Source: Spirochaetia bacterium (GTDB taxonomy: Bacteria > Spirochaetota > Spirochaetia > SZUA-6 > Bin103). From it: DNA of 64,000 bases. The stretch is from positions 5,248,001 to 5,312,000 of the forward strand of contig CBDBDQ010000005.1 in assembly GCA_965203905.1 (NCBI GenBank), written 5' to 3'. Below the pieces are notes generated by a model. That model ran no database searches. It had not been told where the DNA came from and saw only the letters and a list, made by a program, of their open reading frames with translations. The translations under genes and the position numbers were made by a program. Positions 1-9,739 of this stretch are shown here, piece by piece. How positions within the stretch are numbered: the first letter of the stretch is position 1; every line of letters starts with the position of its first letter.

Positions 1-246
1 GCGGGCGACGTGGGCGGCGAGGGCGTGCCCGTCCGCCTCCGTGGCCCAGGGAGCCGACTCGGTCCGCGAGCGGTTGTTGGCCTTGGAGAGGATCACCAGC
101 GGATACCCGCCCAACCGTGCGGCGGACCACTGGTCGGGATCTTCGAGCCAGTCGAAGCGGCAACCGCAGTCGCCCAGTCCGAGCAGCCCGTCACGGGTCA
201 GCGATGCGGGGTGGGCGGTGTCGTCGCACAGCACGAGCGTATCCAT
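1..246 (-). CDS. ThuA-like (class I GATase-like fold) protein, N-terminal part, runs off the window
   Basis: Manual translation from ATG at 246: MDTLVLCDDTAHPASLTRDGL...FDWLEDPDQWSAARLGGYPLVILSKANN; resembles ThuA-domain N-termini; absent from the ORF track because there is no stop in the window. Confidence 0.6.
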   Translation of the reverse strand, partial: MDTLVLCDDTAHPASLTRDGLLGLGDCGCRFDWLEDPDQWSAARLGGYPLVILSKANNRSRTESAPWATEADGHALAAHVAR

Positions 247-600
247 GGCAGTTCCTTGGGCGCATCATACCGCACCCCGATATCTGTCCGATAGCTGCTA
301 ACACCGCCAGGGCCGGCCACCCAGGCGGACGCGGCTCCTGGCAGCGGGCGGCGTCAGCCTCTGGGGCAGTCGTCGACGAGATGTCCCCAGGCCGCGCGCG
401 GGGAGTTGGCATTGGTCAGTGACCCGGGTATCGGCGTGCGACTCGATTGGGAGGCGGTCGAGCGCCATACGGAACAGTGCGTGGAGGTTGTGTAGCCTCA
501 CGACGCTACTTTGATGGTAGGCGTCTCCCCGCGCCGATACTATGAAAGAACCGCCCCGGCGGCCATAATGTGCGACCAGCGAACCTCGGGAGTTGCTGCC

Positions 601-1692
601 ATGTCCAAGCCGGCCCCTGCCAAGATCAGTCTGGTGGACTGCGACGTGCACCACACCATCGAGAAACCGGATGATCTGTTCCCCTACCTGCCGCGCCACT
701 ACGTCGAGTACATCAAGGACTTCGGCACCATGCTGTCGAGCGTGGGTTACACCAACATGCCGTTCAAGGGCGTGCGCAACGAGCTGTGGGCCAACGGCCA
801 GAAGCAGCATCCGGCGTCCGACGTGGAGCAGACGCGCAGCGCGCATCTGGACGCGTGCCGGATCGACCTGGCGCTGCTCACCGGAAGCGGCGTATACGGT
901 GCCGCGGTCCATCCCGAGGCCGACTACGCGGCCGCGCTGTGCCGGGCCTTCAATGACTTCACCCTCGACCGGTGGATCGCGGCCGACGACCGGTTCCGCG
1001 CCTCGATCTCCATTTCTCCGACCGACCCGCAGCAGGCGGCGGCGGAGATTCATCGTCTTGGCGAACATCCGCGGGTGCTGCAGGTGATCATGCCGGCCGG
1101 CGCGCGCATGCCGTTCGGCAACCGGTTCTACCATCCCATCTACGCGGCAGCACAAGAGCACGGGTTGCCGATCTGCGTGCACTTCGGTGCCGAGGGCGCC
1201 GGGGTGGCGAACGCGCCCACTGCTGCGGGCTATCCGTCCTACTACCTGGAGATGCGCATGGCGCGCCCGCAGATTGCCATGGCCCATACCGCCAGCCTGA
1301 TCTGCGAGGGGGTGTTCGAGCGCTTTCCGCAACTCAGGTTCCTGTTCATCGAGCACGACACGTTCTGGGTGCCGGGCATGATGTGGCACATGGACGCAGA
1401 CTGGAAGGCGGTACGCGACTACACGCCGTGGGTGAAGAAGCTGCCCAGCGAGTACATCCGGGGGCACATCCGCTTCGGCAGCCAGCCGATGGAGCAGCCG
1501 CCGACGCGTGGCGATCTCAAGACCTTCCTGAAGTGGCTGCGGGCGGACGAGATCCTGGTGTACGCCAGCGATTATCCGCACTGGGACTGGGACGATCCCA
1601 AGACGGTGCTGCCGGGGATCGACGGCGATCTGCGGCGCCGCATCTTTGCCGAAACCGCCTGCGAGATGTACGGGCTCGTCGGCGCCGGCTGA
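601..1692 (+). CDS. Amidohydrolase-2 family TIM-barrel metalloenzyme (possibly an amidohydrolase-related dinuclear oxygenase)
   Basis: DCDVHH, CVHFG, FIEHD and YASDYPHWDWDDP motifs. Confidence 0.88.
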   Translation: MSKPAPAKISLVDCDVHHTIEKPDDLFPYLPRHYVEYIKDFGTMLSSVGYTNMPFKGVRNELWANGQKQHPASDVEQTRSAHLDACRIDLALLTGSGVYGAAVHPEADYAAALCRAFNDFTLDRWIAADDRFRASISISPTDPQQAAAEIHRLGEHPRVLQVIMPAGARMPFGNRFYHPIYAAAQEHGLPICVHFGAEGAGVANAPTAAGYPSYYLEMRMARPQIAMAHTASLICEGVFERFPQLRFLFIEHDTFWVPGMMWHMDADWKAVRDYTPWVKKLPSEYIRGHIRFGSQPMEQPPTRGDLKTFLKWLRADEILVYASDYPHWDWDDPKTVLPGIDGDLRRRIFAETACEMYGLVGAG

Positions 1693-1714
1693 GCACCGGT
1701 TTCGATTGCACCCG

Positions 1715-2077
1715 ATGCGCCGGTACGTGGTCGCCAAGCGCAGCGAGCTTGAGACGGGTCAGCGCCGGATCGTGCCGGTCGGCGGTCGTGGCGGGATCGG
1801 CGTGTTCAACGTGGACGGCAGCTACTACGCCTTGCGCAATCGCTGCCCGCACAAGGGCGGGCCGCTGTGCCAGGGGCGGCTGCGGCCGCACGTGGTGGCG
1901 GACGCCGTCTACCGGGTGCAGCAGGAGCGCGGGGGTGAGATCCTGAAGTGTGCCTGGCACAACTGGGAATTCGACCTCAAGACCGGCGTGGCGCTGTACG
2001 ATCCGGCGCTGCGGGTAAAGACCTATCGAGTGCAGGTGGAGCACGACGACGTGGTCCTGTACCTGGACGGCACATGA
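1715..2077 (+). CDS. Rieske [2Fe-2S] ferredoxin
   Basis: NRCPHKGGPL and KCAWHNWEFD Rieske ligand motifs. Confidence 0.92.
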   Translation: MRRYVVAKRSELETGQRRIVPVGGRGGIGVFNVDGSYYALRNRCPHKGGPLCQGRLRPHVVADAVYRVQQERGGEILKCAWHNWEFDLKTGVALYDPALRVKTYRVQVEHDDVVLYLDGT

Positions 2078-3228
2078 GCCAGCACCAGTCGATCGCGGGG
2101 GAGCTGTTTCCCAGCGAATACCGCCGCGGCACCGACCGCCACACCGGTACCACGATACATCAGCTCACCTCGGCTCCCTGCATCAACCATCCTCCCTACT
2201 TCCTGACCTCGGCGCTTACCCCGGACGAGCGGCACCTGCTGTTTACCTCCTACCGCACCGGCGCGCCGCAGCTCTACGAGATAGCGCTGCTGGATGGGCC
2301 CATCCGCCAGCTCACCGCGGTCGCCGGCCTGCACCCCTACTCGGCGATCCTGACCGGCGCTGGTGAGGAGGTGCTGTATACGCGTCGTGACGAAGCGGGC
2401 GGGGGGATGATCGAGGCGCTGCGGCGCGACGACCTCACCTGCCGCCCGGTGTGCCGGCTGCCGGGGGCGCAGCTCGGCGAGTGCAGCGTGTCGGCGGACG
2501 GGAACTGGGTGGTGACGGCCATGAAGCGGGGAGAGCGCCACGGCATCGCGGTGGCGGCCACCTCAGGGGCCGGCGAACCCGTGCTGGTGGAGTTTCCGCG
2601 CATGGTAATCCACCCGCAGTTCCACCCTGCGGACAGCGACTGGATCGAGCTGGCCGCCGACCCGGCACCGCGCATGTACCGGGTGCGGCGTGATGGCAAC
2701 GGCCTGGAGTGCCTCTACGAGCATGGCAACGATGAGTTCGTGGTCCACGAGACGTTCCTCGGCAGCATCGGCGATGTCGTGTTCACCGTGTGGCCCCGCG
2801 CCCTGCGCCGGCTGTCGTGGGCCTCGGGCGCAATCAGCACCATCGTCGAGTTGAACGCGTGGCACATTTCGCCGAACCGTGCCGGGACCCGAATCGTGTG
2901 CGACACCAACCACCCGGATCGCGGCATGCTCACCATCGACGTGGCGACCGGTGCCACCCGCGTGATCTGTCACCCCGGCAGCTCCAACGGCGGCAGCCAG
3001 TGGGCCAGCTCGCGCTACGCGCTGGCCGAGGACTTCGCGCGCGCCGCGCGCACGGCGCAGGAAGGCACAGCCGCGAAACCGGCGCTGAGCTGGATGGAAT
3101 CGCCCACCGACACCGTCTACGGCCCGCAGTGGTCGCATCCGCACCCCGCCTTCAGTCCGTCCGAACGCTTCGTCAGCTACACTTCCGACGCCAGTGGATT
3201 CCCGCAGGTGTACCTCGCCGAGTTGTAG
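2074..3228 (+). CDS. Oligogalacturonate lyase / TolB-like beta-propeller protein
   Basis: TIHQLTS..NHPPYF N-terminus, HPQFHP, VHETF, C-terminal SHPHPAFSP...SYTSD; ATGA overlap with the Rieske gene. Confidence 0.75.
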   Translation: MSQHQSIAGELFPSEYRRGTDRHTGTTIHQLTSAPCINHPPYFLTSALTPDERHLLFTSYRTGAPQLYEIALLDGPIRQLTAVAGLHPYSAILTGAGEEVLYTRRDEAGGGMIEALRRDDLTCRPVCRLPGAQLGECSVSADGNWVVTAMKRGERHGIAVAATSGAGEPVLVEFPRMVIHPQFHPADSDWIELAADPAPRMYRVRRDGNGLECLYEHGNDEFVVHETFLGSIGDVVFTVWPRALRRLSWASGAISTIVELNAWHISPNRAGTRIVCDTNHPDRGMLTIDVATGATRVICHPGSSNGGSQWASSRYALAEDFARAARTAQEGTAAKPALSWMESPTDTVYGPQWSHPHPAFSPSERFVSYTSDASGFPQVYLAEL

Positions 3229-3608
3229 TTCAAGTGCAAGATCGGACTTGATTCGTGTTCTAATGTTGAGTGATTGCAGAGCTCTCGTGGGGTTATTGAG
3301 CGCCCTGCGTCTGGCCCTAGTTGGTTTACACTGGGATATGAGAACAGTACAATGTAGTGGTAGATCGCACTCTTTTTTTTGGTGCTTCGGGAGGCTGCCA
3401 GCATAGCCAGCAGAAGTGATCCCATGATCGTCCCAACAGAATCCTCATGTTCGGGATTTTTGCCGCGCATCGAGCTTGGAGGTTCACCAATGGCACCTGC
3501 CAGGCCCGTTCAGATGAGTTACCACGATCGCTCCGTGACACGGGAGACCATGAAAACGGCGCATGGGGCAGTGCCGGGTGGCCGCCATTTTCGGACCAGG
3601 CTTGCGAA

Positions 3609-4571
3609 GTGAGTCGTTACGGGTCCCAGGAATCCGCGTATCGGGAAATGGTAGAACCCTTTCTGATCATCATTTCGTTCACCGTTGCGGTCGTCTTGGT
3701 GGCTGTGTTTGCGATCTCAGCGCCACTCAGTACGGCCGGCACCCTGAGTCCGGTGGGACGCATCGGCTATTTTGCATCAGTGGTCGCGCTGTGTTGGCCA
3801 TTGGACCATGCCTTTGCCGCGCTGCTGCTCCATAACGTCCGCCGGCCGAGCTGGTTGCGGCTGGCACCGGTGACGCTGGCGGCCGGGTTGTTCGCGGCGG
3901 CCAACGTGGCCACGGTCGCGTATGGCCTGTTCTGGTTGTTCGTGCCGCACTACACCGGTGACATTCGTTGGTCCCGGATCTATCTGCTCTCCGCGGTGGT
4001 TACCGTCCCATATATCGCATTGCTCTACCTGCTGGCATGCCAGCGTACCGGACTCAGGCCGGTAGTCGAGGGTGCCGTTGCGGCCGGGCGCCTGGCGCCG
4101 GCCACGGCCGGTGCTGAAGCGGCCGCGTCCATGGCTGGCGTAGCGGTCGGACCGGAAGCGCGTCCGGAGGTAAGCGTGGCCCGGAGCCAGGGTACCGGCG
4201 CACTGCAGGCGTCATCTCCTGGCGGGCAAGAGGGGAGGCCGCAGGTGCGCTTCCTTGACCGCCTTCCTGCGGCACTGGGCCGCGACATCGTGTATCTCAA
4301 GGTGCGAAGCCACTACGTCAACGTGGTCACGACCGCCGGCTCCGGTGCGCTCCTCATGCGTTTCGCGGACGCGGTTGCAGCGCTCGACGACCTCGGGATG
4401 CAGGTCCACCGTTCCTATTGGGTGGCGCGGCGCCATGTGGTCGGCATCGAGCGCCGGGCCGAGCGCACGGTGCTGCTACTCACCGGTGGCGAGGAAGTGC
4501 CGGTGAGCCGCACCCATTTGGCCGCCGTGCGCGATGCCCTGCCGGCAAACACCGTAAAGGCGCCGGAGTAG
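3609..4571 (+). CDS. Membrane-anchored LytTR DNA-binding domain regulator (copy 1)
   Basis: About four hydrophobic segments, Ala/Gly linker, then FLDRLP..IVYLKVRSHYVNVVT..QVHRSYWVA..VPVSR LytTR domain; start codon uncertain. Confidence 0.85.
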   Translation: MSRYGSQESAYREMVEPFLIIISFTVAVVLVAVFAISAPLSTAGTLSPVGRIGYFASVVALCWPLDHAFAALLLHNVRRPSWLRLAPVTLAAGLFAAANVATVAYGLFWLFVPHYTGDIRWSRIYLLSAVVTVPYIALLYLLACQRTGLRPVVEGAVAAGRLAPATAGAEAAASMAGVAVGPEARPEVSVARSQGTGALQASSPGGQEGRPQVRFLDRLPAALGRDIVYLKVRSHYVNVVTTAGSGALLMRFADAVAALDDLGMQVHRSYWVARRHVVGIERRAERTVLLLTGGEEVPVSRTHLAAVRDALPANTVKAPE

Positions 4572-4792
4572 CGCCACACTTCGTGAAAGTGTGAAAGTGT
4601 ACACCCTGTAGACTCACTCTTGAGAATCACGCTATGATTTGCGCTTTCGGCGCGCGGACGCTGGCAGGAAAAATCAGTGATCTACGGTGTTCTTGGCCCA
4701 GGGTCACAGCCTGGATGGCAACCATGAAGGCGTGAAAGTGCGCGCGAATGACGAAGGCTCGTGGATTCCGAATGTTGCGCGGAGGTGAGTGC

Positions 4793-5749
4793 ATGGATGA
4801 CGCTCACGCAGGTCGATCCGGTCCGAACCTAAGACTCGCGTATCGCGAGTTGTTCCGAAGGCAGCTTATGCTCATTTCGGTCAGCATTTCATGCGTACTG
4901 GTACTGTTTCATGCCGTTGCCGGGCCAGGCGGAGAGGTTCTTCCGCAACTGCTGCCGCGCCTCGGGTACTTTGGACTGATGGCCGCCCTCTCCTGGCCCA
5001 TGGGCCACGGCATGGCGGCGCTGTTGCTCTACTTTGTGCGTCGCGGCCGTCCCTACCACGTGATTCTGGTGTCGCTGGCGGGGGCGCTTTACATCGCCGC
5101 CAACCTGGCTATGGTCGGATACGCCATCCACCGCTTGCTGGTCGGCGCCGGACAGGAATTGTACCCGTGGTCGGACTACTATCTGCGCGCATTATTGCCG
5201 AGCCTCCTGCACGTCGGCGTGATCAACTACCTGGCGTGCCAGCGTGCGTCGCTCAGGCCCATCGCCGGGGGTGTGCACGCCGCCGCGGCTGAAACCCGGA
5301 CCCCGCCGGAGGCTACGGGAGTGATCGTCGACACTCGTCCCGTTGTCAGTGGCGCGCCCGGTGCGGCAGGCGCGGCGCCGGGCGCGACTTCGAGCAGTGC
5401 CGATCAAGCCGCCACACTCCAGGCACGGTTTCTTGACCGCCTGCCCCCGGAGGTCGGCCGGGACGTGGTCTATCTCAAGGTGAGCGGCCACTACATCACG
5501 GTGGTCACGACAGCCGGGTCAGGCAGTCTTCTGATGCGGCTTGCGGACGCCGTCGCGGAACTCGAAGGTGAAGGTATGCAGGTGCACCGCTCGTTCTGGG
5601 TGGCCTATCGCCACATCACCGCGATTGAGCAGCGCGACGGGCGCACCGTGGTGTGCCTCACCGGAGGCGAGGAGGTGCCGGTGAGCCGCACCTTCGTCGC
5701 TGCCGTGCGCGCGGCCGCCGCCCGCCAGTCCATATCGTTGGTCAGTTGA
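4793..5749 (+). CDS. Membrane-anchored LytTR DNA-binding domain regulator (copy 2)
   Basis: Same architecture as copy 1: FLDRLP..VYLKVSGHYITVVT..QVHRSFWVA..VPVSRT. Confidence 0.85.
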   Translation: MDDAHAGRSGPNLRLAYRELFRRQLMLISVSISCVLVLFHAVAGPGGEVLPQLLPRLGYFGLMAALSWPMGHGMAALLLYFVRRGRPYHVILVSLAGALYIAANLAMVGYAIHRLLVGAGQELYPWSDYYLRALLPSLLHVGVINYLACQRASLRPIAGGVHAAAAETRTPPEATGVIVDTRPVVSGAPGAAGAAPGATSSSADQAATLQARFLDRLPPEVGRDVVYLKVSGHYITVVTTAGSGSLLMRLADAVAELEGEGMQVHRSFWVAYRHITAIEQRDGRTVVCLTGGEEVPVSRTFVAAVRAAAARQSISLVS

Positions 5750-5872
5750 GAGACGCCGCGCGACCGTCGCGCCCGGCGGTGCCGCGCCGTGCCCCGAGTG
5801 TGCGGCTGGCAGCTCGCTGCCGCCAAGTGCGTTTGCGCGCGGCGCGGAATGCTACTACGATGCCCGCCACCG

Positions 5873-6868
5873 ATGCGCGTCTACATCTTGAGAAGACTGC
5901 TGCTGGCAATACCCACGGTGTTCCTGGTCAGCCTGATCGTCTTCTTCATGATTCGCTTCATCCCCGGAAGCGCGATCGACGCGGCGGTGGTGCGCATGGG
6001 CATGGTTGGCGGCGAGGTCGATATCTCGGCCGCGCGGGCCAAGTTCGAGCACGCACTGGGACTGGACGTATCTCCCATCATCCAGTACGGGCGCTGGATC
6101 GGAGTGCTGCCGGGGGCTGACGGCCGGGTGAGCGGCCTGTTGCAGGGGGATCTGGGCCATTCCTACTGGAAGGCCACCACCGTGCTGGAGGAGATCGCGG
6201 TGCGCTGGCCGGTCACCCTGGAGCTGGGCCTGATGGGAATGTTCGTGGGGCAGCTCATCGCGCTGCCGATCGGCATTCTCTCCGCCCTGCGGCAGGACTC
6301 GTGGGCAGACTACATCGCCCGCAGCTTCGCCATTCTCTGCATCTCGGTGCCGGGATTCTGGATCGGCACGGTGGTGATCGTGTTCCCGGCGATCTGGTGG
6401 GGATACATGCCGCCGATCATGCACGTCCCGTTTCTCGAAGATCCGCTGCGCAACATCCGCATGTTCATCGTGCCGGCGACCATCCTGGGAATGGCCATGG
6501 CCGGCGGCAGCATGCGCATGACGCGCACCATGATGCTGGAGGTGCTGCGCCAGGATTACGTCAGGACCGCCTGGGCGAAGGGGCTGCGTGAGCGCCTGGT
6601 GGTGCTCCGCCATGGCCTCAAGAACGCGCTCATCCCGGTGGTGACCTACGTCGGCCTGTGGCTGCCGGTGCTCATCGGGGGGACGGTGATCATCGAGCGC
6701 ATCTTCGCCCTGCAGGGCATGGGCTACCTGATAGTGGACGCCACCGAGTTCCGCGACTACCCGATCATGAGCGGGGTGATGCTCCTGTTCGGGCTCGGAA
6801 TGGTGATTATAAATCTCTTGGTGGACATTACTTACGGATTCCTTCAGCCGCGGGTGCAGCACACCTGA
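5873..6868 (+). CDS. Peptide/nickel ABC transporter permease (DppB/OppB-like)
   Basis: MRVYILRRLL start, GDLGHS, QDYVRTAWAKGL EAA-type motif. Confidence 0.92.
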   Translation: MRVYILRRLLLAIPTVFLVSLIVFFMIRFIPGSAIDAAVVRMGMVGGEVDISAARAKFEHALGLDVSPIIQYGRWIGVLPGADGRVSGLLQGDLGHSYWKATTVLEEIAVRWPVTLELGLMGMFVGQLIALPIGILSALRQDSWADYIARSFAILCISVPGFWIGTVVIVFPAIWWGYMPPIMHVPFLEDPLRNIRMFIVPATILGMAMAGGSMRMTRTMMLEVLRQDYVRTAWAKGLRERLVVLRHGLKNALIPVVTYVGLWLPVLIGGTVIIERIFALQGMGYLIVDATEFRDYPIMSGVMLLFGLGMVIINLLVDITYGFLQPRVQHT

Positions 6869-6889
6869 CGGGGCCCGCCGAAATCGCCG

Positions 6890-7792
6890 ATGGAAACCAG
6901 GAGCCGCTTCAGGCCGGCCGAATTCATGAATCGGCTGTGGCGCGAGAAACCGCTTGGCATGGTCGGCGCGGCAATTACCGTGCTGTTGCTGATGATCGGC
7001 CTTCTCGCCGACCTGCTGGCCCCCTACGGCATGAACGAGGTGTTCCGGCGCGAGTTGCTGGAGAAGCCGTCCGCCAAGTTCTGGCTCGGCACCGACAACT
7101 TCGGGCGCGACATCTTCAGCCGCATCATCTACGGCGCCCGCATCTCGGTGGTCGTGGGCCTGTCCGCCTCGGCGATCGCGGCGGTCTCGTCCGCGCTCAT
7201 CGGCATTGTGAGCGGCTACGTCGGCGGCCGCTTCGACCTCTGGATCCAGCGCCTGGTCGACGCCTGGATGTCCCTGCCGGGCCTGGTATTGCTGATCTTC
7301 ATGATTTCCGTGGTGGGACCGGGCATGTTCCAGCTCGTCGTCGTGCTCGGGCTGCTGCTCGGGATCGGCGGCTCGCGCGTGATCCGCAGCGCGGTGATCG
7401 CCATCAAGGAGAACGAGTACGTCGCGGCCGCGGTGGCGGTAGGCTCGCGCACCTCGGAACTGCTGCTGCGCCACATCCTGCCCAACATCATGGCGCCCAT
7501 CATCGTCCAGTTCACCACCAACGCGCCGCAGGTGATCCTGATCGAGGCGAGTCTCAGCTTCCTCGGGTACGGGATTCCGCCGCCCGCGCCGAGCTGGGGC
7601 AGCATGCTCGGCTTCAACGCCCGGCGCTACATGTTCCAGGCGTGGTGGATGGTGGTGTGGCCGGGCGTGGCGCTCAGCGTGGTAGTGTTCGGCGTCAACA
7701 TGTTCGGCGACGCGGTGCGGGATCTGCTCGATCCCAAGCTGAGAGGCGGAGCCGGGCGCTACGGATTGCGCAAGCGGAAGGTGCGGCGGTGA
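6890..7792 (+). CDS. Peptide/nickel ABC transporter permease (DppC/OppC-like)
   Basis: LGTDNFGRDIFSRIIYGARIS, EASLSFLGYG..PSWG. Confidence 0.92.
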   Translation: METRSRFRPAEFMNRLWREKPLGMVGAAITVLLLMIGLLADLLAPYGMNEVFRRELLEKPSAKFWLGTDNFGRDIFSRIIYGARISVVVGLSASAIAAVSSALIGIVSGYVGGRFDLWIQRLVDAWMSLPGLVLLIFMISVVGPGMFQLVVVLGLLLGIGGSRVIRSAVIAIKENEYVAAAVAVGSRTSELLLRHILPNIMAPIIVQFTTNAPQVILIEASLSFLGYGIPPPAPSWGSMLGFNARRYMFQAWWMVVWPGVALSVVVFGVNMFGDAVRDLLDPKLRGGAGRYGLRKRKVRR

Positions 7793-7869
7793 GCTGCCGC
7801 GGGCCGCCGTGCCGGCGGCGCTGTCCTTTCGTGTTCGAGAGCTATACGGGTAATTTGGAGGAGTAAACC

Positions 7870-9612
7870 ATGTATAAGAGAGCTTTAGTGTTGCTGGCTT
7901 CGCTGCTGGCGGTGGCCCTGTTGCCGGCGCTGGCATTCGCCAGTGCCGCGGCCGATGCGGAGCCCGAGCCGGCCACCGCGGCCATGGCCGACGGCGAGCC
8001 ACAGTACGGCGGCACGTTCACCTACCTGATCTGGGGTACGGGAGACGCGGAGAGTGCCGACGTCCACGTCGACATCTGGCCGGCGCTGCAGTACGTCAGC
8101 CCGGTGCTGGAGAAGCTGGCGAACGGCAACATCGACAAGTACGGGCCCAAGGGTACTGGTGAGTACACCTTCGGACCGCAGCCCACGGTGCCCTACAAGT
8201 TCGTCGAGGGGAACGTGGTAGAGAGCTGGGAGGTAACGGCGGAGAAGGCGACCCTGCACGTTCGTCCCGGCGTGTTCTGGACCGGATTGAGCGTGAATCC
8301 GGGAGTGATGGACCGGCGCGAGTACACGGCCCAGGACCTGGCGACCATTCTCCAGCGTATCCTGGAGTCGCCGCGCGGCGGCGGAGTCGTGGCCAGCGAC
8401 TTCATAGCTACTCCCTATTCCGAATCGATCTACGCGCAGGACGATTACACGGCCATCATCGAGTTCAAGCAGTTCTACTTCGAGTGGTGGACCAACATCC
8501 TGCTGAGCTTCGAGCAGATGGCACCGGAGACGATCGCGGCCGGTCCCAAGGACTGGCACAACCTGGTCGGTACCGGTCCGTTCGTGATCAAGGAATACGT
8601 GTCGGGCTCGCACATTGCCTACCAGAGGAATCCCGACTACTGGAAACGCACCGTCATCGACGGCAAGGAGTACCAGACCCCGTTCGTGGACGAGATGGTG
8701 TGGCCGTTCATCGCCGACGAGTCGACCCAGATCGCGGCGCTGAGGACGGCAACGCTCGATGCCCACCTCAACGTCGACGTATCGCACCAGGAGTCGTTGG
8801 ACCGCACCAATCCCGATCTGCTGAAGACGGAGCAGCCGTCGGGCGACGCCAACTTCATCGTGTTGCGCGCGGACAAGGAGCCGTTCACCGACGTCAACGT
8901 GCGCCGCGCGATGATGATCGGAACCGACCGCGGGGCGATCTTCGACGCCGTGACCGGGATCGGCGTCGGCTACTCGTGGCCAATCTTTCCGGGCAGCACC
9001 GGTCACGTGCCGATGGAGGAGCTTCCGGAATCGACTCGGATGCTGTTCGACCACAACCCGGAGCTGGCCAGGAAGATGCTGGCAGACGCCGGCTACCCGG
9101 ACGGCTTCGACCTGGAGATTACCGTTCCGACGGTAGAGCTGGAGATGATCGATCTGGCGGAGATGCTGGCCGGGCTGTGGGAACAGGACCTGGGCGTCAA
9201 GCTGAACATCAACATCGTCGACCACAACGCCTACGGTGCGATGCGCGAGCAGCGAACCTACGGCAACATCATCATGTGGGAAGGCTATCCGCTGCTGTCC
9301 TCGTCGGTGATCGACTACTACAAGACCGGCGCGTACAGCAATTACAGCATGTACTCCAACGCGCGGATCGACGAGCTGGCCGCGCAGGTGTCGGTGTTGA
9401 GCGAAGTGTCCGACCTGGATCCGTTGCTGCAGGAGATGTTCACCATCGCCCTCGACGAGGTGGCGATCATTCCCCTGGCCATGGCGTCGCAATACACCTA
9501 CTGGTGGCCGTGGGTGAGGAACTACCATGGCGAGCGCAACGCCACCATCATCCAACCCCCGGTCGAGACCTTGTGGATCGATCAGGCGCTGAAGCAGGAG
9601 ATGGGCTACTGA
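7870..9612 (+). CDS. ABC transporter substrate-binding protein, family 5
   Basis: Signal peptide, PQYGG, VGTGPF, PFTDVNVRRAM, AGYPDGF; GGAGG RBS. Confidence 0.92.
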   Translation: MYKRALVLLASLLAVALLPALAFASAAADAEPEPATAAMADGEPQYGGTFTYLIWGTGDAESADVHVDIWPALQYVSPVLEKLANGNIDKYGPKGTGEYTFGPQPTVPYKFVEGNVVESWEVTAEKATLHVRPGVFWTGLSVNPGVMDRREYTAQDLATILQRILESPRGGGVVASDFIATPYSESIYAQDDYTAIIEFKQFYFEWWTNILLSFEQMAPETIAAGPKDWHNLVGTGPFVIKEYVSGSHIAYQRNPDYWKRTVIDGKEYQTPFVDEMVWPFIADESTQIAALRTATLDAHLNVDVSHQESLDRTNPDLLKTEQPSGDANFIVLRADKEPFTDVNVRRAMMIGTDRGAIFDAVTGIGVGYSWPIFPGSTGHVPMEELPESTRMLFDHNPELARKMLADAGYPDGFDLEITVPTVELEMIDLAEMLAGLWEQDLGVKLNINIVDHNAYGAMREQRTYGNIIMWEGYPLLSSSVIDYYKTGAYSNYSMYSNARIDELAAQVSVLSEVSDLDPLLQEMFTIALDEVAIIPLAMASQYTYWWPWVRNYHGERNATIIQPPVETLWIDQALKQEMGY

Positions 9613-9638
9613 TCACCGCGGGCCGGTGCCGGCGCGCA

Positions 9639-9676
9639 GGCGCTGGTGCGACGTGGCATCGCGTTGCACCAGCGCC
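9639..9676 (+). terminator. 15-bp stem-loop after the SBP gene (terminator or mRNA stabiliser)
   Basis: ggcgctggtgcgacg / cgttgcaccagcgcc (one G-U pair); no U-tract. Confidence 0.45.
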
Positions 9677-9739
9677 CGGCGCGCCCGCCGGCCGGCGTGA
9701 GCCCACGATGACGGAATTGCGCCGCGCGAGGCTCCCCGC

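Noticed and set aside
3326-3541. Small Cys/Trp-containing ORF as a RiPP or signalling-peptide precursor for the LytTR pair
   Set aside because: No convincing RBS or leader motif, and no modifying enzymes or exporter nearby.
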